From Candidatus Hodarchaeota archaeon (GTDB lineage: Archaea; Asgardarchaeota; Heimdallarchaeia; Hodarchaeales; Hodarchaeaceae): a stretch of 45,690 nucleotides of DNA. The DNA lies in assembly GCA_029856365.1 (NCBI GenBank), contig JAHQWW010000023.1:1-45690 (forward strand). The letters are read 5' to 3'. A program made the position numbers and the translations under genes. Every line of letters starts with the position of its first letter. The first letter of the stretch is position 1. The notes under the pieces are model-generated. The model was not told the DNA's origin and did not search any database. It worked only from the letters and a program-made list of their open reading frames with translations. Positions 1 to 9,563 of this stretch are shown piece by piece.

Positions 1-354
1 GACTTTATTTGCAAAAATAGCCAATGGGATATCCTTCAAATGGTTCATTTTCAGCATACGCCACAGATTGCTTCTAGCCTCAGGATAACGGGCTGGATCA
101 CTTACATCGACCACATAAATCAAACCAGCAGAATTCTTTGTATACATTTCCCAAAGTGCTCTTCTAAACTGTAGCTGTCCACCAAGATCCCATGCTGAGA
201 AAGTAACATCACCTATCTGAATGGTTTCAGCGTTCATACCTATTGTGGGAGTGGTATCCGGTATCCAGCGACCTGTCTTCAATCGTTGGAGCATGGTAGT
301 TTTTCCAGCTCTATCCAATCCTAGGACGCTAATCTTAGCATTTTTTTTCGACAT
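1..354 (-). CDS. Arf-family small GTPase (3' end runs off window; not in ORF track)
   Basis: Manual translation from ATG at 354: MSKKNAKISVLGLDRAGKTTMLQRLKTGRWIPDTTPTIGMNAETIQIGDVTFSAWDLGGQLQFRRALWEMYTKNSAGLIYVVD...IFANKV. Arf-type G1 GLDxAGKT, G2 PTIG, G3 WDLGGQ, start of G4 NK. Confidence 0.93.
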   Translation of the reverse strand, partial: MSKKNAKISVLGLDRAGKTTMLQRLKTGRWIPDTTPTIGMNAETIQIGDVTFSAWDLGGQLQFRRALWEMYTKNSAGLIYVVDVSDPARYPEARSNLWRMLKMNHLKDIPLAIFANKV

Positions 355-553
355 TCTCTATTTTCCCTTTGATATTTTTTAAGAAAAGACAATGACATTT
401 TTACATTAATACTGGTAATTTAAAAGATTAACGATTGCCTAGGGAATTTGTTGTTTATCGTAATAGAGCGGATTTTAAGCTACTCTATAGGTCTGTTAGG
501 AATAGGTACTCATGGTTAGAAGGGAATCAAAGTCTTCAAGGTGAGAAAAAATC

Positions 554-1753
554 TTGGCAAAAACAGGGATTATTTGGTCAGACCAGTATATAAAATATAA
601 TTTAGGAGAAGGGCACCCTATGAATCCTAAACGTTTGATTATACCCTATCAGCTATTCAAAAGTCTAAGTTTATTTGATTTACCTGATTTTCAATTTTTT
701 ACTCCTTCTCCTGCCACAGATTCGGAAATTCTTCTTTTCCATACATTTAATTATCTAAAAACGATGAAAGAATTATCAAAAGCTGGGAAGGGAGTACAAT
801 TGAGACTAGGATTGGGAACGGGAGATTGTCCTGTCTTTCCAGAGATGCACGAGGCTTCTAGTTTAGTTGTTGGAGGGGCACTCGAGGGTGTTAAACGAAT
901 TCAAAGTGGCGATGTACAGCAAGCTTTTGCGCTCCTTGGAGGCTTACATCATGCATTTGCAGAGAAAGCCACAGGATTCTGTTACTATAATGATGTAGTT
1001 ATTTCTATCAAATATCTTCAACAAAAATACGGAATTGAGCGAGTTCTCTATATTGATACTGATGTCCATCATGGAGATGGTGTTTTACAGGCATTTTATG
1101 AGGATAAAAATGTCCTAGGAGTTTCTTTACATGAATCTCCAAGGTTCCTTTTTCCTGGTACTGGATTCACAGACGAAATTGGAAAGGGATTAGGGTTAGG
1201 TTACACAATAAACATTCCACTTTTTCCTGGGACGTGGAATGAGCTGTATATCATGACTTTTGAGAATATCATACCGTGTATCTGGGAAGAATATGATCCT
1301 GAGTTCGTTATTTGGCAATGTGGTGCTGATGGCCATTATCGTGATATTTTAGGACATCTTGCTTTAACAACTGAGTTGTATTCCTACCTTGGTAAACGAA
1401 TAGCTGAATTAAGCCAAGATTGTAGTGCTCAAGGTCGATTATTATTATTGGGGGGGGGTGGTTATACCCCTGATTCTGTTGCCCGTGTTTGGTTGGCGAG
1501 TTTAGTTGGCGTTACCGGAATAACGATACCAACAGACTCTCCTTCCGATTGGATAGACTTCTGTTTACAAAAATATGGCATAGAAGTTAATCCTCACTTG
1601 AAAGATCCACCACTTGATTGGAAGAAGCTTGATGGGTATCCGTTTATTGAAGAAGAGATAATAGAAGCCACCCAACAATCAATAAACTATCTAAAATCGT
1701 TATTAAGACCTGTTCCTGATTGGAAAGCTTGTGAACCTTTCTTCCAAACATAG
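554..1753 (+). CDS. Zn-dependent histone deacetylase-family protein (AcuC/class I-like)
   Basis: Motifs HPMNPKR, GDCPVF, GGLHHA, GFCYYND, DTDVHHGDG, FPGTG, QCGADGH, GGGGY; TTG start. Confidence 0.93.
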   Translation: MAKTGIIWSDQYIKYNLGEGHPMNPKRLIIPYQLFKSLSLFDLPDFQFFTPSPATDSEILLFHTFNYLKTMKELSKAGKGVQLRLGLGTGDCPVFPEMHEASSLVVGGALEGVKRIQSGDVQQAFALLGGLHHAFAEKATGFCYYNDVVISIKYLQQKYGIERVLYIDTDVHHGDGVLQAFYEDKNVLGVSLHESPRFLFPGTGFTDEIGKGLGLGYTINIPLFPGTWNELYIMTFENIIPCIWEEYDPEFVIWQCGADGHYRDILGHLALTTELYSYLGKRIAELSQDCSAQGRLLLLGGGGYTPDSVARVWLASLVGVTGITIPTDSPSDWIDFCLQKYGIEVNPHLKDPPLDWKKLDGYPFIEEEIIEATQQSINYLKSLLRPVPDWKACEPFFQT

Positions 1754-2034
1754 TCTGTTTTAATCTATTACATCAACAAAAAAGATCTTTTTATATTCCA
1801 CTTTTCTCCAATGTATGCGGTCAGATTCACCATTCAAGAATTAATTATAAATAAATTACTTAAAGGAGTACTTAAGGTATATTTTAATTTTAATGTTCCT
1901 TTATATTTAAAAAGGATAAATAGTAACAAGGCATATTTAAGAGAGGATGATCTCCAGAATTACAATCCATGCAATCTTCATAATGTAAATTCCCGTTCAA
2001 AACTCCATGAAATAGGAGGAGGCCTTTATAAAAC

Positions 2035-3255
2035 ATGAATAATAAGAAATCAGTTGATATAATTCGCGATGCGGTGTTTTCATCTTCTATCTTTAAAGAA
2101 GGAGGAGAAAAAACACTCAATCAATCCTATATTCCTAACGAGCTGAAATTTCGAGAAGATAATATTCGAAGAATAAGTCAAAACTTTCGGCCTTTATTTT
2201 TATCGGAAAATAGAGGAATCGAAGGTTTCTCGACCAATATTGCTCTTACTGGGCCAGCTGGTGTAGGAAAAACGGTGACAGCAAGATATACAGTAGATCA
2301 TCTTCAAGTAATGGCCGAACGTCATCACATTAAGCTCTATACTGATTATAAAAATTGTTGGACAACACGTACCAAAACTTCTATTCTTCGCAGTTTTCTT
2401 CGGGATCAATTCGGGGTAGCTAGTCGTGGCTTTAGTGATGAAGAGTCCACAGACATTTTGATTCGACGTTTGAACTCTGAACAGGCATATTTAGTATTAA
2501 TACTAGATGAAGTGAGTGTATTACCTCAAAAAGATATTCGTGGGTTTATTCACCTTCCTGAAGAGTTTGGGGCTGAACACCGCATTTCGATAATAATGAT
2601 AAGTCGCCCTACTGAGTGGAAAGTAACACTTTCCTCAATGGTCTCTCAAAGAATTGCTGACGTGATACAATTTCAGCCATATACTTTAGAAGAGACTAGA
2701 AAAATACTTGATTACCGGGCACATTTAGCTTTCAAAACAACAGCCCTTTCAGAAGACATTCTTGAAATGGTCGCAGAAATTTCTGACCAAACTAAAAACC
2801 TACGTCATGGAATCGAGATTCTATACCGAACGGGCCGTGCAGCAGATCAACAAAGATTAGATGAGCTTACTCCAGAGCTAGTTCGCAGAGCCAAGAATGA
2901 CGTTTTTCCTGAACTACGCGCAGATATCCTAGAAGAGTTAAAAACTCACGAATTATTTGCTGCACTTAGTATTGCAAGACGATTGCACCATAAAGGGATT
3001 ACAGCTACTACTATAGAACATTCATTCAAGAACTACAGGATAATTTGTGAAGAATGGGGTTTACGACCAAATGCTGAAGCCGCGTTCCGAAATTATCTAT
3101 CAACGTTGGAAGCGATCGGGATATTAGGAAAGGTAACGAAGGGGGTAAAGGGTCGAAAAGGGGTTCGTGCGCGCTTAACAATTCATGATGTACCAGCAGC
3201 AGTACTAATTGAACGTATTGAAGTATTTCTATCCAAAAGATTCCAAAAATCATAG
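2035..3255 (+). CDS. cdc6: Orc1/Cdc6 replication initiator (AAA+ ATPase with C-terminal winged helix)
   Basis: N-terminal YIPNELKFRE, Walker A GPAGVGKT, Walker B LILDE, FQPYTLEE, C-terminal wHTH; next to GINS/MCM. Confidence 0.93.
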   Translation: MNNKKSVDIIRDAVFSSSIFKEGGEKTLNQSYIPNELKFREDNIRRISQNFRPLFLSENRGIEGFSTNIALTGPAGVGKTVTARYTVDHLQVMAERHHIKLYTDYKNCWTTRTKTSILRSFLRDQFGVASRGFSDEESTDILIRRLNSEQAYLVLILDEVSVLPQKDIRGFIHLPEEFGAEHRISIIMISRPTEWKVTLSSMVSQRIADVIQFQPYTLEETRKILDYRAHLAFKTTALSEDILEMVAEISDQTKNLRHGIEILYRTGRAADQQRLDELTPELVRRAKNDVFPELRADILEELKTHELFAALSIARRLHHKGITATTIEHSFKNYRIICEEWGLRPNAEAAFRNYLSTLEAIGILGKVTKGVKGRKGVRARLTIHDVPAAVLIERIEVFLSKRFQKS

Positions 3256-3678
3256 TTAAATACCTCATTTAGGCTTGACTATATATTTCATCAAATGTAA
3301 TGCCGAAAATATTCAAAAAAATCAACAAAAAAAATTATATCTGAATTATCAGCAGATTAAATGAAAATTTGTAAGTCTCGATCAAAAAGATAATAATTTT
3401 CGTTCATTACAACCATTAAATGAGATATTGTACAGTCTAGGGAGAGTATTTCTTTTTAATAAGGGAAGAAAGGCCTTTTAACCATGGTACAAAGCTACAT
3501 ACTTGTTGAGAATTCTAAAATTATGCTTAGTATAGGGCCTAAATGAAAACATAGAGGTTAAGAGCTAGATCATAACTGGGTTCTTCCTCAAAACAAACTG
3601 CAATAATAATGGATCATCTGAAATGAAGTAAATAAGTTGAATTCTATTAGGTTTATTGATCTTTAATGAGTATTAGAA

Positions 3679-4269
3679 GTGATAATTTTGTCAAAGGTGC
3701 CTGAATCAACAGACATGGTTTTTAAGCAACTAGAAATGGCAAGTGAGCTAGAAAGGGTACGATTTGAGCTTACAGGAAGCAATATATCCGTGAAATTTCT
3801 CCAGGACTTTTCCGGTTTTTCTTTTGAAAACATAAATATTCCTTTTGCTTCTAAAGGAAGTCAAATTGATGTTCCTTATTTTATTGCAGAAATATTACGG
3901 AAAAAATCAGTGATTGAAGATTTTAGGATGAATTTTCCTATTACTTTGCAGGACTTAGAAGGGGCAGTTCGTAAAGAAGTTCGTGTGGGTGAATTACAAT
4001 CTCTTCACCCATACTTCCATCTCTTAATGCAAGATTTCGTTTTATCAGTGGAAGATAAAGATTCAGAATTTAGTGAATTAGAACAGAAAAGACAAAAGAC
4101 CAAGTATAATCAATTAACTCACGAAAGAATCTCAAAACTTGTAAAAATGACCGATAGTAGAAAGGTTCTTGCTCAGAAGAAAAAAAATCTGACTTCATCG
4201 GAACAAATCTTATTCAAAAAAATCGTTGATTGCATTCAAAACTGGAAAGCTGAATTCATTCAAAAATAG
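3679..4269 (+). CDS. GINS subunit, Gins23-type (B-domain followed by helical A-domain); start may be a later ATG
   Basis: Beta-rich VKFLQDFSGFSFENINIPFASKGSQIDVPYFIAEIL, then LQSLHPYF and ERISKLVK helical part; 9 bp upstream of mcm, the usual archaeal gins23-mcm arrangement. Confidence 0.8.
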   Translation: MIILSKVPESTDMVFKQLEMASELERVRFELTGSNISVKFLQDFSGFSFENINIPFASKGSQIDVPYFIAEILRKKSVIEDFRMNFPITLQDLEGAVRKEVRVGELQSLHPYFHLLMQDFVLSVEDKDSEFSELEQKRQKTKYNQLTHERISKLVKMTDSRKVLAQKKKNLTSSEQILFKKIVDCIQNWKAEFIQK

Positions 4270-4278
4270 GTCGAAGGT

Positions 4279-7200
4279 TTGTATATGGGTTTTCCATTTG
4301 ATTTAAGGGGTAGATTTGAATCATTCATTGAGGAATTTACGGACCAAGATGGACAATTATATTATCAAGAGAAAATTCGTGAAATGGAAACAATAGGAGC
4401 AAGGAGTCTATATCTCTCATATAATGATTTACTTATTCAAGATCCCAAATTAGCCAAGGAGACTCTAGTAAATCCAGAGTTAAGTATCACCGCAGCTGAG
4501 GAGGTATTGCGTTCAAAACTAGTTGAACTAAATCCTGAGTATTTAGAGCGAATAAAACAAGTTCATGTTAGGATTACAAACCTTTCTGAAAAACTCCTGT
4601 TACGCTCTTTAAAAACTGAACATTTAGAAATTCTCACGTGTTTTGAGGGTATTGTCATTGGAGTGACAGACGCTAAGCCTCTATTAATACGAGGCCATTT
4701 TAAATGCGCTTCTTGTGGTGAAAACCAAACTGTTGATTTTCCTGAGGGTATTTACGCCCCCCCATATCAATGTCGTAATGAACATTGCCAACGAAAAGGA
4801 TCCCTACAGCTGCAATTAGATAGGAGTGATTTTATAGATTGGCAAAAGATAACCTTGCAGGAAAAGCCTGAAGAACTCCCACCAGGGCAACTACCCCAAA
4901 GCACGTCCATCCACGTTCTTGATGACTTAGTAGATCACGCCAGACCTGGGGATCGTGTAGAAATAGTAGGAATTCTTAAAGCAAGAGCATCTCGACTTCT
5001 AAAAAGGGGACAATTGGCTACATATGGGAAATTTTTTCACGGAATTTCGATCTCAAGAGAAACCGAGGAATACGTTGATATCGAGATTTCAGAGGAAGAC
5101 GAGTTAAAAATCATCGATCTCTCGAAATCACCATATATTATTGAGAAAATTCGAGATTCGTTAGCTCCTTCCATTTATGGTCATGATTTGGTAAAAGAAG
5201 CAATTGCATCATTATTGTTCGGTGGAAGCCTCAAGATAACTCCTGATGGAATGAAACTGAGAGGGGAATCAAATATACTCATTGTAGGGGATCCTGGAAC
5301 AGGGAAAAGCCAGATTATGAAATTTATATCGCAGTTGGCCCCACGAGCATTGTATACAACAGGGAAGGGAAGCACTGCAGCGGGATTAACCGCGGCGGTG
5401 ATTAGAGATCAAGATACGGGGGAAATTACCCTTGAGGCTGGAGCTTTGGTTCTCGCAGACCAAGGAATCGCGTGTTTAACTGGAGATGCGAGAATCTTAG
5501 TAGAAAACCGTTTAATCAAAATACAAGATCTATTTACAGAGCAAAAAGCATTTGAAACTTTGTCTAATAATGAAATAGTCGAAATTACTGAATTAAACTT
5601 CAATACTATATCTATCAATTCTGAAATAAAATCAATTCCCTCCATTTCATCTCGAATTAGGAGAAAACAGTATGCAGGAAATATTCTAGAATTTACTTTT
5701 AATTCTGGATTTACAATTAAATTAACTCCTGATCATAAGCTATTAAATGGAAATAGTTTAAACTGGAAGGAAGCTGCTGAATTTAAAAAAGGAGAATTTA
5801 TCGTTGCTCCCTTGAAACTTCCTTATAAGATAACTCCAATTTATATTTTCGATATCTTAACTAATAATTGGTTAGTTATCTTAAATAAAAATGAAAAAGA
5901 AGAACTCCGAAAACGTGTGAAAATGAAATATAGAAGTTATAGTGAGTTCAATAAAAAATACAACATAACTAGAGACTTTCTTTCAGGGAGGAGTCAGATC
6001 AAAATTGGAATACTGAGGAAAATATTGAATGAATTTGGTATATACAAAGATTGGAGATTAAAATGCCTAAAATATGGGAGAAAAGCATCTGGGGAAATAT
6101 TAAAAGTCAGTATGATAACACCTGAACTTGCCTATTTTATTGGATTTATTTATGGTGATGGACACGTCAGGATTTCACAAAAAAGGTCCAATGTCCAAAT
6201 AACTCAATCTTTAGTACATAAAACTCAAATTAAAAACATTAAGAATATGTTTTCACGCTTTTCACAAAGGAATCTTGGAGAATATTATAGAAAAACCTCT
6301 GGAGCTATTGGTAAGCAAGAATTTGAGGGAGAAAGCGTCATTCTATATTCTAACTCAAATTTACTTGCTTATATATATAGTTATTTCACTGAAAAGGGGC
6401 TACACAACCTTTTACAATTACCAGACGAATCTCTAAAAGCCTTTATCGCTGGAGGTCTTGATTCAGATGGTTGTGTCTCAATTAAGAAGGGGAAAAAGGG
6501 GGGTAGGGTCTATGAGAATGTTCACGTTGAATTTTTACTTAGTAATGATCAAGACGAAAATGAAACATTTTTACTTGCTTTGAGGAGATTTGATTGTTAT
6601 GCAAAACTTATAAAACATAAGAGTATAGATAGAATTCTAATAACTGGAAGAACTGATGTTAAACAACTTTTAAATACTGTTAAACAGTATTCTGTTAAAA
6701 TAAGAGACATCCCTCTTAGAAAACATATCGTATCCTCGACCAGTGGAAAAATTCCAAGGATTCCCGTAGCATTAGTAAGTTCTAAGATATTAACAAAAGT
6801 TAAAAAAACGATTTTGTTACAAAGAGGTATATATAGTACATTGTATGCTTATAAAAACCAACAATACCAACCTTCTAGGCAACAATTACTTAAAATTAAA
6901 AATCGAGTTAGAGAATATCTGGATGATGAGATTTTAAATCAGATAGATATTTTGACAACTCGTGACTATTTTTTGGATCAAATAATTGAGATTAAAACTC
7001 AGAAATTCACTGGATATGTATATGATTGTTATGTCCCACAACATCATAACTACTTGTGTAATGGGATAATTGTCCATAATTGTATCGATGAGTTCGATAA
7101 AATGCGCGCAGAAGATCGCAGTGCCATCCATGAAGCGATGGAACAGCATTCATATCATCCATCCTTTGAAATTACTTTCTCTAATGGTAAGAAACATCCA

Positions 7201-9540
7201 ATCGGGCAATATGTAGATGAGTTATTTGAACATAACATGGAAAAAATGATTAACGGGGTAAACTGCGAGATTCTACCACTTCAGGATAATATTCATACAG
7301 CCGATTTATTTTCAACGGATTTTAATAGCTTCTTTAATGTAAAACCAAGTCTTGTAAGTCGTCATGAAGCCCCTAAGTATTTCATAAAAATCCGATATTC
7401 AAATGGTAGGGAGGTTCTAGTTACACCAGAACATCCTGTTTTTGTATTTTCTGGTGAATACACTGATGAGGTTCCAGCTGAGCAAGTGAAAGAAGGGGCA
7501 TTCATACCTGCAGTTAGAATAATGGATTTTTACATTGACGAGACGTTAGATACTGTAATAGACCAAGGCCGAAAAAAAGCTAGATTACCTTCACAAATGG
7601 AGGTACCTCTTGCACGATTTTTAGGATTTTTTGCAGCAGAAGGGTATTCCTATAGAGGATCAGCCCTAGAAGTTGGATTAAGCAATACTGATACAAAAAT
7701 TACTTCAGATATGAGAAAATGTATACTAGATACTTTTAATCTTGAACCCATTGACAATATTAAACGGGGACGTGTTCTACGCATTATATCTAAATCTATA
7801 TTTAATTATATGCAAAATAATTTTCCTGAATTGATGAAAAAAAGTTTAGAGAAGCGTATCCCTCATAAAATCTTTATTTCTAATGAAGATAAAAAAATTG
7901 CATTCTTAAATGCTGCATTTCATGGTGATGGGGCCATTGAATCCGAGTCTCTTGCTTATTCAACCTCTTCTAAAAAATTGGCTGAAGATTACCAAGATCT
8001 TCTATTAAGCCTAGGAATTCATACAAGAATAAATTCAAGTGAATATCTCACACGTAAAAATAAAGAGAATAGGACACGTTATAAAGTTTATATTCGAGGA
8101 GACAATTTAGAATCTTTCTCCCAATTAGTTATTCCAGAAGTCAAAACTCCGAAGTTAAAATACTTTTTAGAACGCAGTCTTAAAACCCGAGGACATGATG
8201 TTTTACCATCAGGTGTAGGTTGTATCATTAAACGATGTATGAAGAAATTAGGTATTCCTTATAATGGATATTTCCAACAAGCGTTTAAAGAAAACTGTGG
8301 AATTACTATTCCAGTTATTAACCGTTATTTAAATCTCCTAAGCGCTAGAATTAATGAATTGAGGCTTGAAATACCATCTGTCACAAATATTCGACAGTTT
8401 AGGAATGTTACAAATTATTCTCAGCAAAGATTAGGCAAAATAACTGGAAATACTCGGGGGTCTATTGATTACATTGAAAGGGGGGGTTATATTCTTGAAA
8501 AAAGAAATCAGGTTTTATTGCAAGCGAAACAAGCTGTTATAGAAGAAATTAAAGATGTCCAAAAAGCATTATTGTATATTGAAAAGTTAAAACAGTTTCG
8601 CTGGTTACGGATTAATGATATTCAGCGCATTGGGAATTTTGGTCGAAATAAAACAGAATGGGTCTATGATGTTACTATATCTCCAACAAAGACTTTCATT
8701 AGTCATGGAATCATCCTTCATAATACGATATCTATAGCCAAAGCAGGAATAGTAGCTACCCTTAATGCTCGAACATCAATCCTAGCAGCGGCCAATCCTC
8801 GTAGGGGAAGGTGGAATCCCTTTAAAGCTACTGCAGACAATTTAAATCTTCCTCCAACCATTTTATCTCGCTTTGACTTGATTTTCGTTTTAGAAGATAA
8901 ACCTGATTTAAAGGAAGACCATGATTTAGCTTCCCATATTCTACGGCTTCACAAATCACAAACTCTTTCTACAAGCCCACCAATCGAACAGGATTTACTT
9001 CGTAAGTACATTGCTTATGCGAGACGAGAAATTCGCCCTCGCCTTTCAGATGAGGCCGGAGAACGTCTTTTAGAATATTACAAGGAGCTGCGGCTTTCAA
9101 GCGGGAAGATAGAAGAAGGCCAGCTAGAACCAATAGCCATAACTCCTCGTCAATTGGAATCACTAGTTCGATTAGCAGAAGCGCGAGCTAAAATGCGGCT
9201 AAGTACTGAAGTATCCTACGATGACGCGTCTGGTGCTGTTAATTTGATGAATGCCACGTTGGAGAAATTAGCAAAAGATACTGAAACAGGGAAATTAGAT
9301 ATTGATAAGTATTCTTCTGATATGAGTGCAAGATCAAGACGTCGTTTGGATCAGATTGATGCGTTGATTGATCGAATGTTTGAAGAAGCCGAGGATGAGG
9401 AACCAGTGGCGATTAAGGATATAATTGACAGAGCAGTAGAAGAAGGTCTCAGTAAGAATCAAATAGTGAAAGCTATCGACGAAATGACACGGCGCGGGAT
9501 ATTGTTTGAACCCCAACCAGGATATGTTAAACGGCCATAA
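4279..9540 (+). CDS. mcm: MCM replicative helicase precursor with two inteins (692 aa after splicing)
   Basis: Zn finger CASC...CRNEHC, Walker A GDPGTGKS, GKGSTAAGLTA, Walker B CIDEFDKM, TISIAKAG, AAANP, arginine finger SRFD, ITPRQLESLVRL. Confidence 0.97.
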   Translation: MYMGFPFDLRGRFESFIEEFTDQDGQLYYQEKIREMETIGARSLYLSYNDLLIQDPKLAKETLVNPELSITAAEEVLRSKLVELNPEYLERIKQVHVRITNLSEKLLLRSLKTEHLEILTCFEGIVIGVTDAKPLLIRGHFKCASCGENQTVDFPEGIYAPPYQCRNEHCQRKGSLQLQLDRSDFIDWQKITLQEKPEELPPGQLPQSTSIHVLDDLVDHARPGDRVEIVGILKARASRLLKRGQLATYGKFFHGISISRETEEYVDIEISEEDELKIIDLSKSPYIIEKIRDSLAPSIYGHDLVKEAIASLLFGGSLKITPDGMKLRGESNILIVGDPGTGKSQIMKFISQLAPRALYTTGKGSTAAGLTAAVIRDQDTGEITLEAGALVLADQGIACLTGDARILVENRLIKIQDLFTEQKAFETLSNNEIVEITELNFNTISINSEIKSIPSISSRIRRKQYAGNILEFTFNSGFTIKLTPDHKLLNGNSLNWKEAAEFKKGEFIVAPLKLPYKITPIYIFDILTNNWLVILNKNEKEELRKRVKMKYRSYSEFNKKYNITRDFLSGRSQIKIGILRKILNEFGIYKDWRLKCLKYGRKASGEILKVSMITPELAYFIGFIYGDGHVRISQKRSNVQITQSLVHKTQIKNIKNMFSRFSQRNLGEYYRKTSGAIGKQEFEGESVILYSNSNLLAYIYSYFTEKGLHNLLQLPDESLKAFIAGGLDSDGCVSIKKGKKGGRVYENVHVEFLLSNDQDENETFLLALRRFDCYAKLIKHKSIDRILITGRTDVKQLLNTVKQYSVKIRDIPLRKHIVSSTSGKIPRIPVALVSSKILTKVKKTILLQRGIYSTLYAYKNQQYQPSRQQLLKIKNRVREYLDDEILNQIDILTTRDYFLDQIIEIKTQKFTGYVYDCYVPQHHNYLCNGIIVHNCIDEFDKMRAEDRSAIHEAMEQHSYHPSFEITFSNGKKHPIGQYVDELFEHNMEKMINGVNCEILPLQDNIHTADLFSTDFNSFFNVKPSLVSRHEAPKYFIKIRYSNGREVLVTPEHPVFVFSGEYTDEVPAEQVKEGAFIPAVRIMDFYIDETLDTVIDQGRKKARLPSQMEVPLARFLGFFAAEGYSYRGSALEVGLSNTDTKITSDMRKCILDTFNLEPIDNIKRGRVLRIISKSIFNYMQNNFPELMKKSLEKRIPHKIFISNEDKKIAFLNAAFHGDGAIESESLAYSTSSKKLAEDYQDLLLSLGIHTRINSSEYLTRKNKENRTRYKVYIRGDNLESFSQLVIPEVKTPKLKYFLERSLKTRGHDVLPSGVGCIIKRCMKKLGIPYNGYFQQAFKENCGITIPVINRYLNLLSARINELRLEIPSVTNIRQFRNVTNYSQQRLGKITGNTRGSIDYIERGGYILEKRNQVLLQAKQAVIEEIKDVQKALLYIEKLKQFRWLRINDIQRIGNFGRNKTEWVYDVTISPTKTFISHGIILHNTISIAKAGIVATLNARTSILAAANPRRGRWNPFKATADNLNLPPTILSRFDLIFVLEDKPDLKEDHDLASHILRLHKSQTLSTSPPIEQDLLRKYIAYARREIRPRLSDEAGERLLEYYKELRLSSGKIEEGQLEPIAITPRQLESLVRLAEARAKMRLSTEVSYDDASGAVNLMNATLEKLAKDTETGKLDIDKYSSDMSARSRRRLDQIDALIDRMFEEAEDEEPVAIKDIIDRAVEEGLSKNQIVKAIDEMTRRGILFEPQPGYVKRP
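5473..7080 (+). mobile_element. Intein 1 in MCM (536 aa) with LAGLIDADG homing endonuclease
   Basis: ADQGIA|CLTGDARI...block B LTPDHKL...GIIVHN|CIDEFDKM; endonuclease blocks FIGFIYGDG and FIAGGLDSDG. Confidence 0.95.
7150..8724 (+). mobile_element. Intein 2 in MCM (525 aa, Ser1) with LAGLIDADG endonuclease and HTH insert
   Basis: EAMEQH|SYHPSFEI...VTPEHPV...VYDVTI...GIILHN|TISIAKAG; FLGFFAAEG and FLNAAFHGDG; HTH-like IRQFRNVTNYSQQRLGKITGNTRGSIDYIERG. Confidence 0.93.
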
Positions 9541-9563
9541 AATTGATGTGATCTGGGGTATTT

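Noticed and set aside
1811-2120. Short ORFs 1811-2038 (+) and 1890-2120 (-)
   Set aside because: AT-rich intergenic or antisense frames overlapping the cdc6 start, with no recognisable motif.
3256-3678. cdc6-gins intergenic gap as an origin or ncRNA
   Set aside because: No repeated ORB-like motif or convincing stem found by eye; kept only as an alternative origin location.
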